Positions 45,603 through 54,083 of a stretch of DNA of 64,000 nt are shown here, piece after piece. Source of the DNA: a bacterium (GTDB taxonomy: Bacteria > Myxococcota_A > Bradymonadia > UBA7976 > UBA1532); the NCBI GenBank assembly GCA_030427205.1, contig JAUHXC010000011.1, forward strand, positions 108,016 to 172,015, in the 5' to 3' direction. Each line of letters starts with the position of its first letter. Position 1 is the stretch's first letter. The notes under the pieces were generated by a model. That model ran no database searches. It saw nothing but the letters and a program-made list of their open reading frames with translations, and was not told the origin of the DNA. A program made the translations under genes and the position numbers.

Positions 45603-46298
45603 GTGAAACACAGCATCGAATACGGCCCGGCGTTCGCCTGGCTGCGCATCCAACTCGATCCGGGCGAGGAGATCGAAGCCGAGGCGGGGGCCATGGTCAC
45701 CCGCAGCCCGGGGCTCGAGATGGAGACCCGGCTCAACGCCGGCAAGCGGGCGGGCTTCTTCCAGAAGTTCATCGCCTTCTTCGTCGCGCTCGTGCGCAAG
45801 TTCGCCGGCGGCGAGACGATGTTCGTCAACGACTTCAAGGGCCCGCAGGGCGGCGAGCTGGTGCTCGCGCCGGGGCTGTCGGGGCACATCGAACACCGGG
45901 CGCTCGCCACCGGCCAGGGCATCCTGGTGCAGAGCGGCAGCTACCTCGCAAGCTCCGAGCAGGTGGGCACGAAGCTCAAGTGGGCCGGCCTGCGCGGGCT
46001 CTTCGGCGGCGAAGGGCTCTTCTTCGTGCACTGCACCGGGCCCGGCGACCTCTTCCTCAACAGCTACGGCGGCATCACCGCGGTCGAGGTCGAGGGCAGC
46101 TACGTGGTCGATACGGGGCACATCGTCGCCTTCGACGAGACCCTCGACTTCGACATCAGCAGCGCGGGCAAGGGCTTCAAGGCGCTGTTTCTCAGCGGCG
46201 AAGGCCTCGTCTGCACCTTCAAGGGGCGGGGCACGGTCTACGTGCAATCGCGTAACGTCGGCGGGCTGGTCAGCTGGCTCAGCCCCTACCTGCGCTGA
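45603..46298 (+). CDS. TIGR00266/AIM24 family protein (DUF124), paralog 1
   Basis: The GAMV..S..LEM pattern, GGE..F.N.F, a Gly-rich core and VDTGHIVAFDE..DF are family hallmarks. The GTG start is codon 27 of ORF 45525..46298. Confidence 0.8.
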   Translation: MKHSIEYGPAFAWLRIQLDPGEEIEAEAGAMVTRSPGLEMETRLNAGKRAGFFQKFIAFFVALVRKFAGGETMFVNDFKGPQGGELVLAPGLSGHIEHRALATGQGILVQSGSYLASSEQVGTKLKWAGLRGLFGGEGLFFVHCTGPGDLFLNSYGGITAVEVEGSYVVDTGHIVAFDETLDFDISSAGKGFKALFLSGEGLVCTFKGRGTVYVQSRNVGGLVSWLSPYLR

Positions 46299-46310
46299 GG
46301 AGGCGGGCAG

Positions 46311-47003
46311 ATGGACATCGACATCGAGTACCGGCCGGCGCACAGCCTGGCCGTCGTGAAGCTGGCCCCCGGAGAGAGCATCACCGCCGAGTCGTCGGCG
46401 ATGGTGAGCATGTCGACGGGGCTCAACCTCACCACCGACGGGCCGATGAGCAAGAAGCGCGGCGGGTTCCTCAAGAACCTCGGCCGGGCCTTCCTCGGCG
46501 GTGAGACCTTCTTCACCAATACCTTCGAGGCGGCGCATACGCCCGGCGAGGTGACCCTGGCGCCGACGTTGTGCGGCGACATGGCGATCCACGCGCTCGA
46601 CGGCCGCGAGAAGCTCTACATCCAGGGCTCGAGCTTCGTCGCCGCGCCCGACAGCGTGCACCTCAATACCAAGTGGCAGGGCATGAAGGGCTTCTTCAGC
46701 GGGGAGAGCCTGTTCTTCCTCGAGGCCACCGGCCACGGCCCGGTGATCATCAACGCCTTCGGGGCCATCGACATCGTCGACCTCGACGGCGAGCTGATCG
46801 TCGACACCGGCCACCTCGTCGCCTTCACCGACGGCCTGCAATACGAGGTCAGCAAGGCCGGCTCGGGCTGGATCTCGAGCTACCTCAGCGGCGAGGGCTT
46901 CGTGCTGCGCATGCGCGGCACCGGCCGGCTCTACCTGCAGACCCGCAACCCCTCGGAATACGGCTCGGCGGTCGGCCCCAAGCTGCCGCCGCGCCAGGAG
47001 TAG
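46311..47003 (+). CDS. TIGR00266/AIM24 family protein (DUF124), paralog 2
   Basis: Same family hallmarks. It lies 12 nt after paralog 1. Confidence 0.85.
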   Translation: MDIDIEYRPAHSLAVVKLAPGESITAESSAMVSMSTGLNLTTDGPMSKKRGGFLKNLGRAFLGGETFFTNTFEAAHTPGEVTLAPTLCGDMAIHALDGREKLYIQGSSFVAAPDSVHLNTKWQGMKGFFSGESLFFLEATGHGPVIINAFGAIDIVDLDGELIVDTGHLVAFTDGLQYEVSKAGSGWISSYLSGEGFVLRMRGTGRLYLQTRNPSEYGSAVGPKLPPRQE

Positions 47004-47007
47004 AGCC

Positions 47008-47694
47008 ATGCAATACGAGATTCTCGACGCGCCCGACTTCGGGCTGTTGCGGGTGACCTTCGAGGCGGCCGGCGAGCACGTCGTGGCCGAGGCGGGGGCG
47101 ATGGTCTCGCGCAGCGCCGAGGTGGAGATGACCACCAACATGCGCGGCGGCCTCGGCGCGGCGCTCAAGCGGCGGGTGCTGGGCGGCGAGAGCATGTTCC
47201 AGAACACCTTCACCGCGACCGGGCCCGGGCAGCACGTCCTGCTCGCGCCGGGGCCCGAGGGCGACCTGACCCACGCCACCATCCCCAAGGGCGACGTGAT
47301 GTTCCTGCAGAGCGGGAACTACCTGGCCCACACCGGCGACATGCAGCTCGATACCAAGTGGGGCGGCGCCAAGTCGTTCTTCGGCGGGGTCGGCTTCTTC
47401 ATGCTCAAGTGCACCGGCCCCGGCGAGCTGTTCTTCAACAGCTACGGCGCGCTGCACGCCGTCGAGGTCGGCCCCGAGGGCTACACCGTCGATACGGGGC
47501 ACATCGTCGCCTTCACCGAAGGGCTCGACTTCAACATCCGCAAGTTCGGCGGGTTCAAGGGGCTCTTCTTCTCCGGCGAGGGGCTCATCGCCGAGTTCCG
47601 CGGCCAGGGCACCGTCTTCGTGCAGACCCGCAACGCGCCGGCGCTGGCCAACTTCCTCGAGCCCTACCGCCGGGTGCAACGCAACAGTAATTGA
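47008..47694 (+). CDS. TIGR00266/AIM24 family protein (DUF124), paralog 3
   Basis: Same family hallmarks. It lies 4 nt after paralog 2. Confidence 0.85.
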   Translation: MQYEILDAPDFGLLRVTFEAAGEHVVAEAGAMVSRSAEVEMTTNMRGGLGAALKRRVLGGESMFQNTFTATGPGQHVLLAPGPEGDLTHATIPKGDVMFLQSGNYLAHTGDMQLDTKWGGAKSFFGGVGFFMLKCTGPGELFFNSYGALHAVEVGPEGYTVDTGHIVAFTEGLDFNIRKFGGFKGLFFSGEGLIAEFRGQGTVFVQTRNAPALANFLEPYRRVQRNSN

Positions 47695-47786
47695 GCCCGC
47701 GACGGTGTCCCTCCACGGTTGCCCGTGAGGCGGTGATCGACCCGGTACGACCCGGGCTACGGTGAGCCGACCATGTGGAGGCAGCC

Positions 47787-49124
47787 GTGAGAGATCAGGA
47801 ATCCGCCCAGCGCGCGGCGGGCAGCGGCGACGCGCTCGCCGTCGAACCCCAGAAGACCGGCCCGGGCAGCGACCTGTCCCAGCGGGCGCAATCCGCCGAG
47901 CTCAACGGCCAGTCGGGGCCGCTGTCGGCGCTCGGGGCCTGGGCCGGCGAGTTGAAGCAGACGGGCCTGGGCCGATGGTTCATGCGCCGCGTCACCTCCT
48001 ACGACGAGCGCCTCGCCGACGTCGACATGGGCGCCGACGACGCTCACGTCCCCCGACAGGCCTTCGCCGAGGCGATGAACATCCTCGCCGGCGGCGAGCC
48101 GGGCACCGCGGCGAAGTTGAAGAACCCCGACAAGCCGGTGAGCCGGGCCGAAGCGGTCACCCTCGCCCAGCGCTATCACGGCTACGACGAGGCCCTGCCC
48201 GAAGGCGAGGTGGCCTACTTCCTCGACGTGCCCGAGTCGGCCTGGTTCTTCGGCGCGGCCCACGCCGCCCGCCGCAACGGGGTCATCAAGGGCAACAACA
48301 ACTTCTTCCGCCCGCACGATCCGCTGCCGTGGGGCCACGCGCAGTACATCTTCGAAGCGTTGGAGTCGCCGGGGCCCGTCGCGCCCGCCGAGCAATGCCC
48401 CGACGCCGAGGTGCTGCTCGAACCGGCCGACGTGACCCAGCGGCTGGGGGCCGAGGGCATGCTCTCGCCGGCGGCGATCGCCGAGATCCGGGCGATGATC
48501 GCCGAGATGCCCGCCGAGCAGCAGGGGGCGCTGTACCAACAGCTGGCCTCGAAGGTGAGCTACCGCTCGCAGCGGGACAACGTGGGGACCAGCAACGTCC
48601 CAGCCGACTGGATGTGCGGGGTGACCTCGATCGCCATGGCGCTCAACGGCTTGGGCATCACTGCAGACGAGAGCAACGCCCAGTTCGAAGACCAGCTCCT
48701 GCCGATCGCTCAAAAGGGCGGAGGCTACCTCAACGAGAGCGGACATCGCGCGGCGGCCAATGCGCACGGGGCCAGCCTGAAGCGCATCTGGACCGACTTC
48801 ACCGACGCGACGGGTGCGAAGCGCTTCTACACCGAGAAGGTCCAACCGCTGCTCGAACAGGGCCAGACCGCCGTCCTGAGCATCGTGACCAAGGACACCC
48901 CGAACGGACACATCGTTCGACTGGAGTGGGTCGAGGCCGAGGGTCTGCGCATCGATGATCCATATGGCGCTTTGAAGGGCACCAGCCGCTACACGGGGAA
49001 CGAGACCACGAATTCGACGGGTGATGGCGCGCGCGGCGAAGACAACGTGTGGTCGTGGGAGTGGATCGCCCGGTTCAATGGGTCCCAGCTCGGACGCTAC
49101 GTCGAAGTACTCGACCACAAGTAG
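47787..49124 (+). CDS. hypothetical protein with SLH-like domain and C-terminal C39-like (papain-fold) peptidase domain
   Basis: GTG follows a GGAGG Shine-Dalgarno; an alternative GTG lies at 47775. The SLH-like stretch is FLDVPESAWFFGAAHAARRNGVIKGNNNFFRPHDPLPWGHAQYIF. The peptidase region has WMCGVTSIAMALNGLG (catalytic Cys) and a downstream NGHIVRLEW (His). There is no signal peptide. G/C at third positions falls to about 76% in the last ~500 nt, and the stop is TAG. Confidence 0.55.
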   Translation: MRDQESAQRAAGSGDALAVEPQKTGPGSDLSQRAQSAELNGQSGPLSALGAWAGELKQTGLGRWFMRRVTSYDERLADVDMGADDAHVPRQAFAEAMNILAGGEPGTAAKLKNPDKPVSRAEAVTLAQRYHGYDEALPEGEVAYFLDVPESAWFFGAAHAARRNGVIKGNNNFFRPHDPLPWGHAQYIFEALESPGPVAPAEQCPDAEVLLEPADVTQRLGAEGMLSPAAIAEIRAMIAEMPAEQQGALYQQLASKVSYRSQRDNVGTSNVPADWMCGVTSIAMALNGLGITADESNAQFEDQLLPIAQKGGGYLNESGHRAAANAHGASLKRIWTDFTDATGAKRFYTEKVQPLLEQGQTAVLSIVTKDTPNGHIVRLEWVEAEGLRIDDPYGALKGTSRYTGNETTNSTGDGARGEDNVWSWEWIARFNGSQLGRYVEVLDHK

Positions 49125-49173
49125 CCTCACCCCGCCGGTTGACCGCCACCGGCCACTCGGCCACCCTGACGAC

Positions 49174-50247
49174 ATGTTGACCGACCTGCCCTGGGCCTGC
49201 CCGCTGACCGGGCGGCCTCTGACACCAGCCCCCATCGCGGCGCTGCCCGCCGACTGGCCCGCCGCCGCCGACGCGCTGCTGATCACCGACGGCGACGACC
49301 CGGTGGGCTATCCGGTCATCGACGGCATCCCGCTGATCACCGTCGAGCACGCCCGGGGCGCCGCGCCGCCCTCGCCGGTCGAGGCCCATCGCCACGAAGA
49401 CATCCGCGAAGAGGTCGACATCTACGACACCCTGGCCGCCAAGGACCGCGAGCGCCTCGACCACGCCCGCCGCCGGCTGCTCGGGCGCACCCTCGACGAC
49501 CTCGCCCGCCGCGGCACGCTGCCCGGCCCCTTCCCCGACCCGCCGGCGGTCTGGGTCGACTCGGTGGGCAGCGCCGATACCCAGGAAGCCGCCTATCGCC
49601 ACATCGCCCCGCTGGCCGGCGCCCGCTTCCTGCAGCTCGGCGGGTCGGGCTCCCACGCGGTCAAGGCGCTGCTGGCCGGGGCCGACTGCGCCGGCGTGCT
49701 CAGCCCGTCATTCGAAGAGGTGCGCCTCGGCCGCGCGCTGGCCCACAGCGTCGGCGTCGGCGACCGCTTCTTCGGCGTCGTGGCCATCGGCGAGCTCATC
49801 CCGCTGGCCGACGGCGCCATGGACCGCATCTACGGCGGCGGCTGCCTGCACCACACCGCCATCGAGCACAGCGTGCCCCAGCTGGCCCGGGTGCTCGCCC
49901 CCGGCGGCCGGGCGGCCTTCGTCGACCCGCTGCAGAACCCGATCTACGACGCCTGGACGCGCCTCATGGGCCGCCGGGCCCGCTTCTGCGGCGACGAAGA
50001 GGGCACCCACGACCACCCGCTCGACCTCGACGCGCTGACCGCGCTGGCCGAGGCCCACTTCTCCGCCGTCGACGTGCACGCGTCGGGCGGCCCGCTGCGC
50101 TACGGGGTCGTGCTCTCGTCGCGCACCATGGGCCTGTCGCCCAGCCCGCACTGGGCCGGGCGCCTCTTCAAGGCCGAGCGGGCCGTCCTGCGCCGCCTGG
50201 GCCTCGCCCGCCTCTTCGGCAACTTCGCCCTCGAGCTGGTGCGCTGA
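49174..50247 (+). CDS. Trm112-like zinc-ribbon fused to class I SAM-dependent methyltransferase
   Basis: The N-terminal LTDLPWACPLTGRPL...YPVIDGIPLI is a Trm112/UPF0434 motif. MTase motifs FLQLGGSGSHAV and IYGGGCLHH follow. The ATG is codon 52 of ORF 49021..50247. Confidence 0.7.
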   Translation: MLTDLPWACPLTGRPLTPAPIAALPADWPAAADALLITDGDDPVGYPVIDGIPLITVEHARGAAPPSPVEAHRHEDIREEVDIYDTLAAKDRERLDHARRRLLGRTLDDLARRGTLPGPFPDPPAVWVDSVGSADTQEAAYRHIAPLAGARFLQLGGSGSHAVKALLAGADCAGVLSPSFEEVRLGRALAHSVGVGDRFFGVVAIGELIPLADGAMDRIYGGGCLHHTAIEHSVPQLARVLAPGGRAAFVDPLQNPIYDAWTRLMGRRARFCGDEEGTHDHPLDLDALTALAEAHFSAVDVHASGGPLRYGVVLSSRTMGLSPSPHWAGRLFKAERAVLRRLGLARLFGNFALELVR

Positions 50248-50248
50248 G

Positions 50249-51001
50249 GTGGCCCTCGACCGCGCGCACCGCCAGCGGGAGGAGGCCCTGCGGATCGCCC
50301 TCGGGCGCACCCCCGAGCAGTGGTCGCCGGTGCGCCACCGCGCGCGGGAGGTCTTCGACGGGCTCGCCGTCGCCGGCCGGCGGGTGCTCGACGTCGGCGC
50401 CGGCATCGGCACCTATTCGCTCTATCTGACCCGGGTGCTCGACGCCGCCGAGGCGGTGGCCCTCGAACCCTCGGCGGGCACCGGCGGACACGCCGACATC
50501 ATGCCGCGCATGCGGGCCCGCCTCGACGCCGCCGACGACGGCCGGGTGCGCCCGGTGCAGCAGACGTTTCAGGCCTACGCGCCCGCCGCGCCCTTCGACG
50601 CGGTGGTGCTGCTCAACTCGATCAACCACCTGCACGAGACCCGGGCCCCGCTCGACCGCCACCCCGCCGCGCTCGACGCCTACCGCCACGCCTTCGCCCG
50701 GCTGCACGACTGGCTCGCGCCCGGCGGCGCGCTGCTGATCAACGAGCTGCACCGCGTCTGCCTCGAGCGCTACACCAGCCAGCTCGGCCTGCCGCGGCTC
50801 TTCACCCGCGAGATCGACTACGACTTGCACCAGACCCCCGAGACCTGGGCCCGGCTGGCCCGCGAGGCCGGCTTCGGCGATATCCGAATCCGCGGCGTCA
50901 CCCCCCGCCGGCTGGCTTTCCTGCCCGCTGCCGTCGGCCGCCACCGCTGGATGAGCCTGGCCACCAACGCGATGTTCGTGATGCAGGCGACCCGACGGTG
51001 A
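50249..51001 (+). CDS. class I SAM-dependent methyltransferase
   Basis: VLDVGAGIGTYSLYL (motif I) and the post-I acidic residue. The GTG start lies 2 nt after the upstream stop. Confidence 0.75.
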   Translation: MALDRAHRQREEALRIALGRTPEQWSPVRHRAREVFDGLAVAGRRVLDVGAGIGTYSLYLTRVLDAAEAVALEPSAGTGGHADIMPRMRARLDAADDGRVRPVQQTFQAYAPAAPFDAVVLLNSINHLHETRAPLDRHPAALDAYRHAFARLHDWLAPGGALLINELHRVCLERYTSQLGLPRLFTREIDYDLHQTPETWARLAREAGFGDIRIRGVTPRRLAFLPAAVGRHRWMSLATNAMFVMQATRR

Positions 51002-52302
51002 ACACCCCGCGCCCGGCCGCGATGGACACCCCGGCCCGCGTCGTCGCCCTCGCCGGCCTGCTGGCGGCCCCGCTGATCGGCCTGCTCGTCGTGCGCTTCG
51101 GCCCCTGGCCGCTCGCCGCCGCGCTGGGCCTCATCGCCGCGCTGGTGCTCGTCCGCTGGCCGCTGCTCGGCGTCTACGCCCTCGTCGTCGGCACCTTCTT
51201 CGACGAGCTCTACGTGCCGACCCCCATCGCCCTTCTGGGCACCGCCGACCTCGCCGCCTTCGGCCTCATCCCCGCCTGGCTCGCCCGCCGCCTGCTCGCC
51301 CCGCGCGACCTGCGCCTGCCCGGCGGCCACCCGCTCTTGTGGGCCTACCTGACCCTGGCCTTCGTCAGCCTCATGTTCGGCGTCGCCCCCTCGACCGCCC
51401 GGGGCAACTACGCCCGCCTGCTGACCTACGCCGCCGCGCTGCTCGCCGTCGTCGACCTCGTACGCACCGAAGACGCCCTCGAGAACATCGTGCGGCTCAT
51501 GGCCCTCTGCGGGCTGGCCCACGCCGCCATCAGCCTGCTCGACCCCGGCGACTCGCGGCGGCTGATGGGCCTCGCCGACCAGCCGAACATCCTCGGGGTG
51601 CGCGTCGCCCTCGGCGCGCTGCCCGCCGCCGCCTTGATGCAGCGCAGCCAGGGCCCCGCGCGCCTCGGCTGGGCCGCCGCGCTCGCGCTGATGCTCATCG
51701 CCATCGCCCTGACCATCAGCCGCGGCACCTACCTCGCCCTGGCCGTCGCCTTCGTCTGGTGGATGCGCAAGAGCCCGCGCCTCGCGCTCGTCGTCGCCCT
51801 CGCCGCCGCCGCCACCGCCGTGGGCATCGAGCGCTTCGCCGAAGAGCGCGCCGCGCGCATCCAGCAGCGGCTCGACTTCGACGACTCCAGCGTCGTCAAC
51901 CGCGGCGTCGTCGCCCGCAACGCCGGCCGGGTCGTCATCGAGCGCCCGCTGCTCGGTGTCGGCTTCGGCCAGTTCCGCGAGCTCGACCGCGTCGTCGGGG
52001 TCACCAACCAGGCCGGCCGCGGATCGCACAACTTCTACCTCGGCGTCGCCGCCTCGACCGGCGTGCCGGCGCTGCTGTGCCTGCTCGGCTTCGTCGGCCT
52101 GCAGATCCGCCGCCTGCGCGCCCCGCCCGACGCCGCCGGGCGCACCCGCTGGCTGGTGGGTCTGCTGCAGGCCATGGCCGTCTACCACGGCGCCTCGCTG
52201 GTCGTGCGCGGCGGCCTGCGGCTCACCGACTGGACGCTCTTCGCCCTCTACGCCGCGCTGGCCACGATTCTGATCCACCGCGCGAAGGATCCGCCCGCTT
52301 GA
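50998..52302 (+). CDS. O-antigen ligase (WaaL/Wzy_C)-like membrane protein
   Basis: It has 10-12 TM helices and the large-loop motif ISRGTYLALAV. The GTG start overlaps the upstream stop as GTGA; an alternative ATG lies at 51022. Confidence 0.7.
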   Translation: MNTPRPAAMDTPARVVALAGLLAAPLIGLLVVRFGPWPLAAALGLIAALVLVRWPLLGVYALVVGTFFDELYVPTPIALLGTADLAAFGLIPAWLARRLLAPRDLRLPGGHPLLWAYLTLAFVSLMFGVAPSTARGNYARLLTYAAALLAVVDLVRTEDALENIVRLMALCGLAHAAISLLDPGDSRRLMGLADQPNILGVRVALGALPAAALMQRSQGPARLGWAAALALMLIAIALTISRGTYLALAVAFVWWMRKSPRLALVVALAAAATAVGIERFAEERAARIQQRLDFDDSSVVNRGVVARNAGRVVIERPLLGVGFGQFRELDRVVGVTNQAGRGSHNFYLGVAASTGVPALLCLLGFVGLQIRRLRAPPDAAGRTRWLVGLLQAMAVYHGASLVVRGGLRLTDWTLFALYAALATILIHRAKDPPA

Positions 52303-54083
52303 GATCTGCCAACCCGCTGGTCGCCGCCATCGAGGCCATCGCCGACGCCGCGCCCGCCGCCCCGCGCGGAGACGACGCCTTCGGCCCGATCCGCGTCGCC
52401 GCCGTGCGCTGGCTGCTCTCGGGCGTCGCGCCGTCCGACCTCGCGCCCCTGCCGGCCCTCGACGGCCTGCGCGCCGCCGGACCCGACGCCTGGTGCACCG
52501 CCTACGAGGCCCTCACCGGGCACATACCCGTCGTGGATGACGGCCGCGTCCGCCTCGAGCCCGACCGCCAGGCCCGCAAGCGCCGCGGCAGCTGGTACAC
52601 CCCGAGCGCCGTCGTCGACGCCGTGCTCGACCACGCCCTCGACCCGATCCTGACCCGCGAGACCGACCCGGCGCGCGTCGCGACGCTGCGCATCGTCGAC
52701 CCGGCCGCCGGCGCCGGCCGCTTCCTGCTCGGCGCCGCCCGCCGCGTCAGCCAGCGGCTCATCGCCCTCGGCCTCACGCCGCCCGCCGCTCGCCGTACGG
52801 CGCTGGGCTGCGTGCACGGCGCCGACCTCGACCCCGGCGCGCTGGCCCTCGCCCGGGGCATCCTCGAAGACTTCGCCGGCCCCGACCCGACCCTCGCGAG
52901 CCGGCTGATGTGCGGCGACGCCCTCGCCTGCTCGCCCGATCTGACGACACCCGCGGTCCTGCCCGGCACCGTGCCCTGGGCCTATATCGAGCGCTTCGAC
53001 GTCGTCGTCGGCAACCCGCCCTTCCGCGCCGGCCGCCTCGCCGGCCTCGACCGGGCCGACGTACAGCGGCTCTTCCCCACCGCCGAGTACCAGGTCGACC
53101 CGTATGTGCTGTTTCTCGAACAGGCCGCCCGCCTCGCCCGCGACCGCATGGCGCTGCTGGTGCCGACCACCTGGATGAGCAACCACCGCGGGCGCAAGCT
53201 GCGGCGCTACCTGCTCGGCGAGCACCGGCTGCGCGCGGTGGTCGAGGTGCCCATCGAGACCTTCGACGCCGCCGTCGAGACCGCGGTGCCCATCTTCGAA
53301 GTCGGACAAGGCCCCACCGCACACCCCGTGCCGCTGCTCGACCTCGCCGGCGAACCCATCGGATCGCTGCACCCCGACCCCGAGCGCCTCGACGCCCCGC
53401 TGCCGCTCACCCGCAGCCCCCGGGCCGCCGCGCTGCTCGCCGCCTCGCGCCGCTGGACCACCACCCTGGGCGACGTCAGCGAGATCAACCGCGGCATCAA
53501 CCCCTACCACCACACGACCCATACACGGGCCCAGATCAAAGCCCGGGTGCACCACGCCGACCATCAGGTCGCCGCCGACTGGTCCCCCGAGCTGCGCGGC
53601 CGCGACCTGCCCGGCCCCTACCGCCTCGACTGGAAGGGCACCCACTGGATCCACTACGGCCCCTGGCTCAAGGAGCCCCGCGCCCCGCGCTTCTTCGAGG
53701 GCCCGCGCCTGCTGGTGCGCAAGATCCTCGGCGAGACGCTGCACGGGGTCTACGTCGAGCACGCCGCCTACTGCGATCAATCGGTCTACATCGCCCGCGT
53801 CGCGCCCGACTGCCCCTACCCGGCGCACGCCCTGCTCGCCTGCGTCAACAGCCGCCTGATCGCCGCGCTGATCCGCACCCGCCACCAGACCCATCAGGCG
53901 CACTTCCCACAGCTGAAAGTGGGCGAGCTGCGCGGCCTGCCGCTGCCGCCGGCGCCGCCCGAGGATCCGCGCTGGGCAGCGTTGGCCGAGCAGGCCGCCA
54001 AGATGCAAGCCGACCCCGACGATGCGCTGCGCGAAGCGATCGAGGCCACGGTGGCCGATCTTTACGGCTTCGCCGCGCCCTGA
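52299..54083 (+). CDS. gamma-class N6-adenine DNA methyltransferase (Eco57I/TaqI-like, with TaqI_C-type target-recognition domain); orphan
   Basis: Motif X GSWYTPSAVVDAVLD, motif I VDPAAGAGRFLLGAA and motif IV VVGNPPF, followed by a C-terminal TRD. The TTG start overlaps the ligase stop; an alternative GTG lies at 52404. Confidence 0.6.
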   Translation: MRSANPLVAAIEAIADAAPAAPRGDDAFGPIRVAAVRWLLSGVAPSDLAPLPALDGLRAAGPDAWCTAYEALTGHIPVVDDGRVRLEPDRQARKRRGSWYTPSAVVDAVLDHALDPILTRETDPARVATLRIVDPAAGAGRFLLGAARRVSQRLIALGLTPPAARRTALGCVHGADLDPGALALARGILEDFAGPDPTLASRLMCGDALACSPDLTTPAVLPGTVPWAYIERFDVVVGNPPFRAGRLAGLDRADVQRLFPTAEYQVDPYVLFLEQAARLARDRMALLVPTTWMSNHRGRKLRRYLLGEHRLRAVVEVPIETFDAAVETAVPIFEVGQGPTAHPVPLLDLAGEPIGSLHPDPERLDAPLPLTRSPRAAALLAASRRWTTTLGDVSEINRGINPYHHTTHTRAQIKARVHHADHQVAADWSPELRGRDLPGPYRLDWKGTHWIHYGPWLKEPRAPRFFEGPRLLVRKILGETLHGVYVEHAAYCDQSVYIARVAPDCPYPAHALLACVNSRLIAALIRTRHQTHQAHFPQLKVGELRGLPLPPAPPEDPRWAALAEQAAKMQADPDDALREAIEATVADLYGFAAP

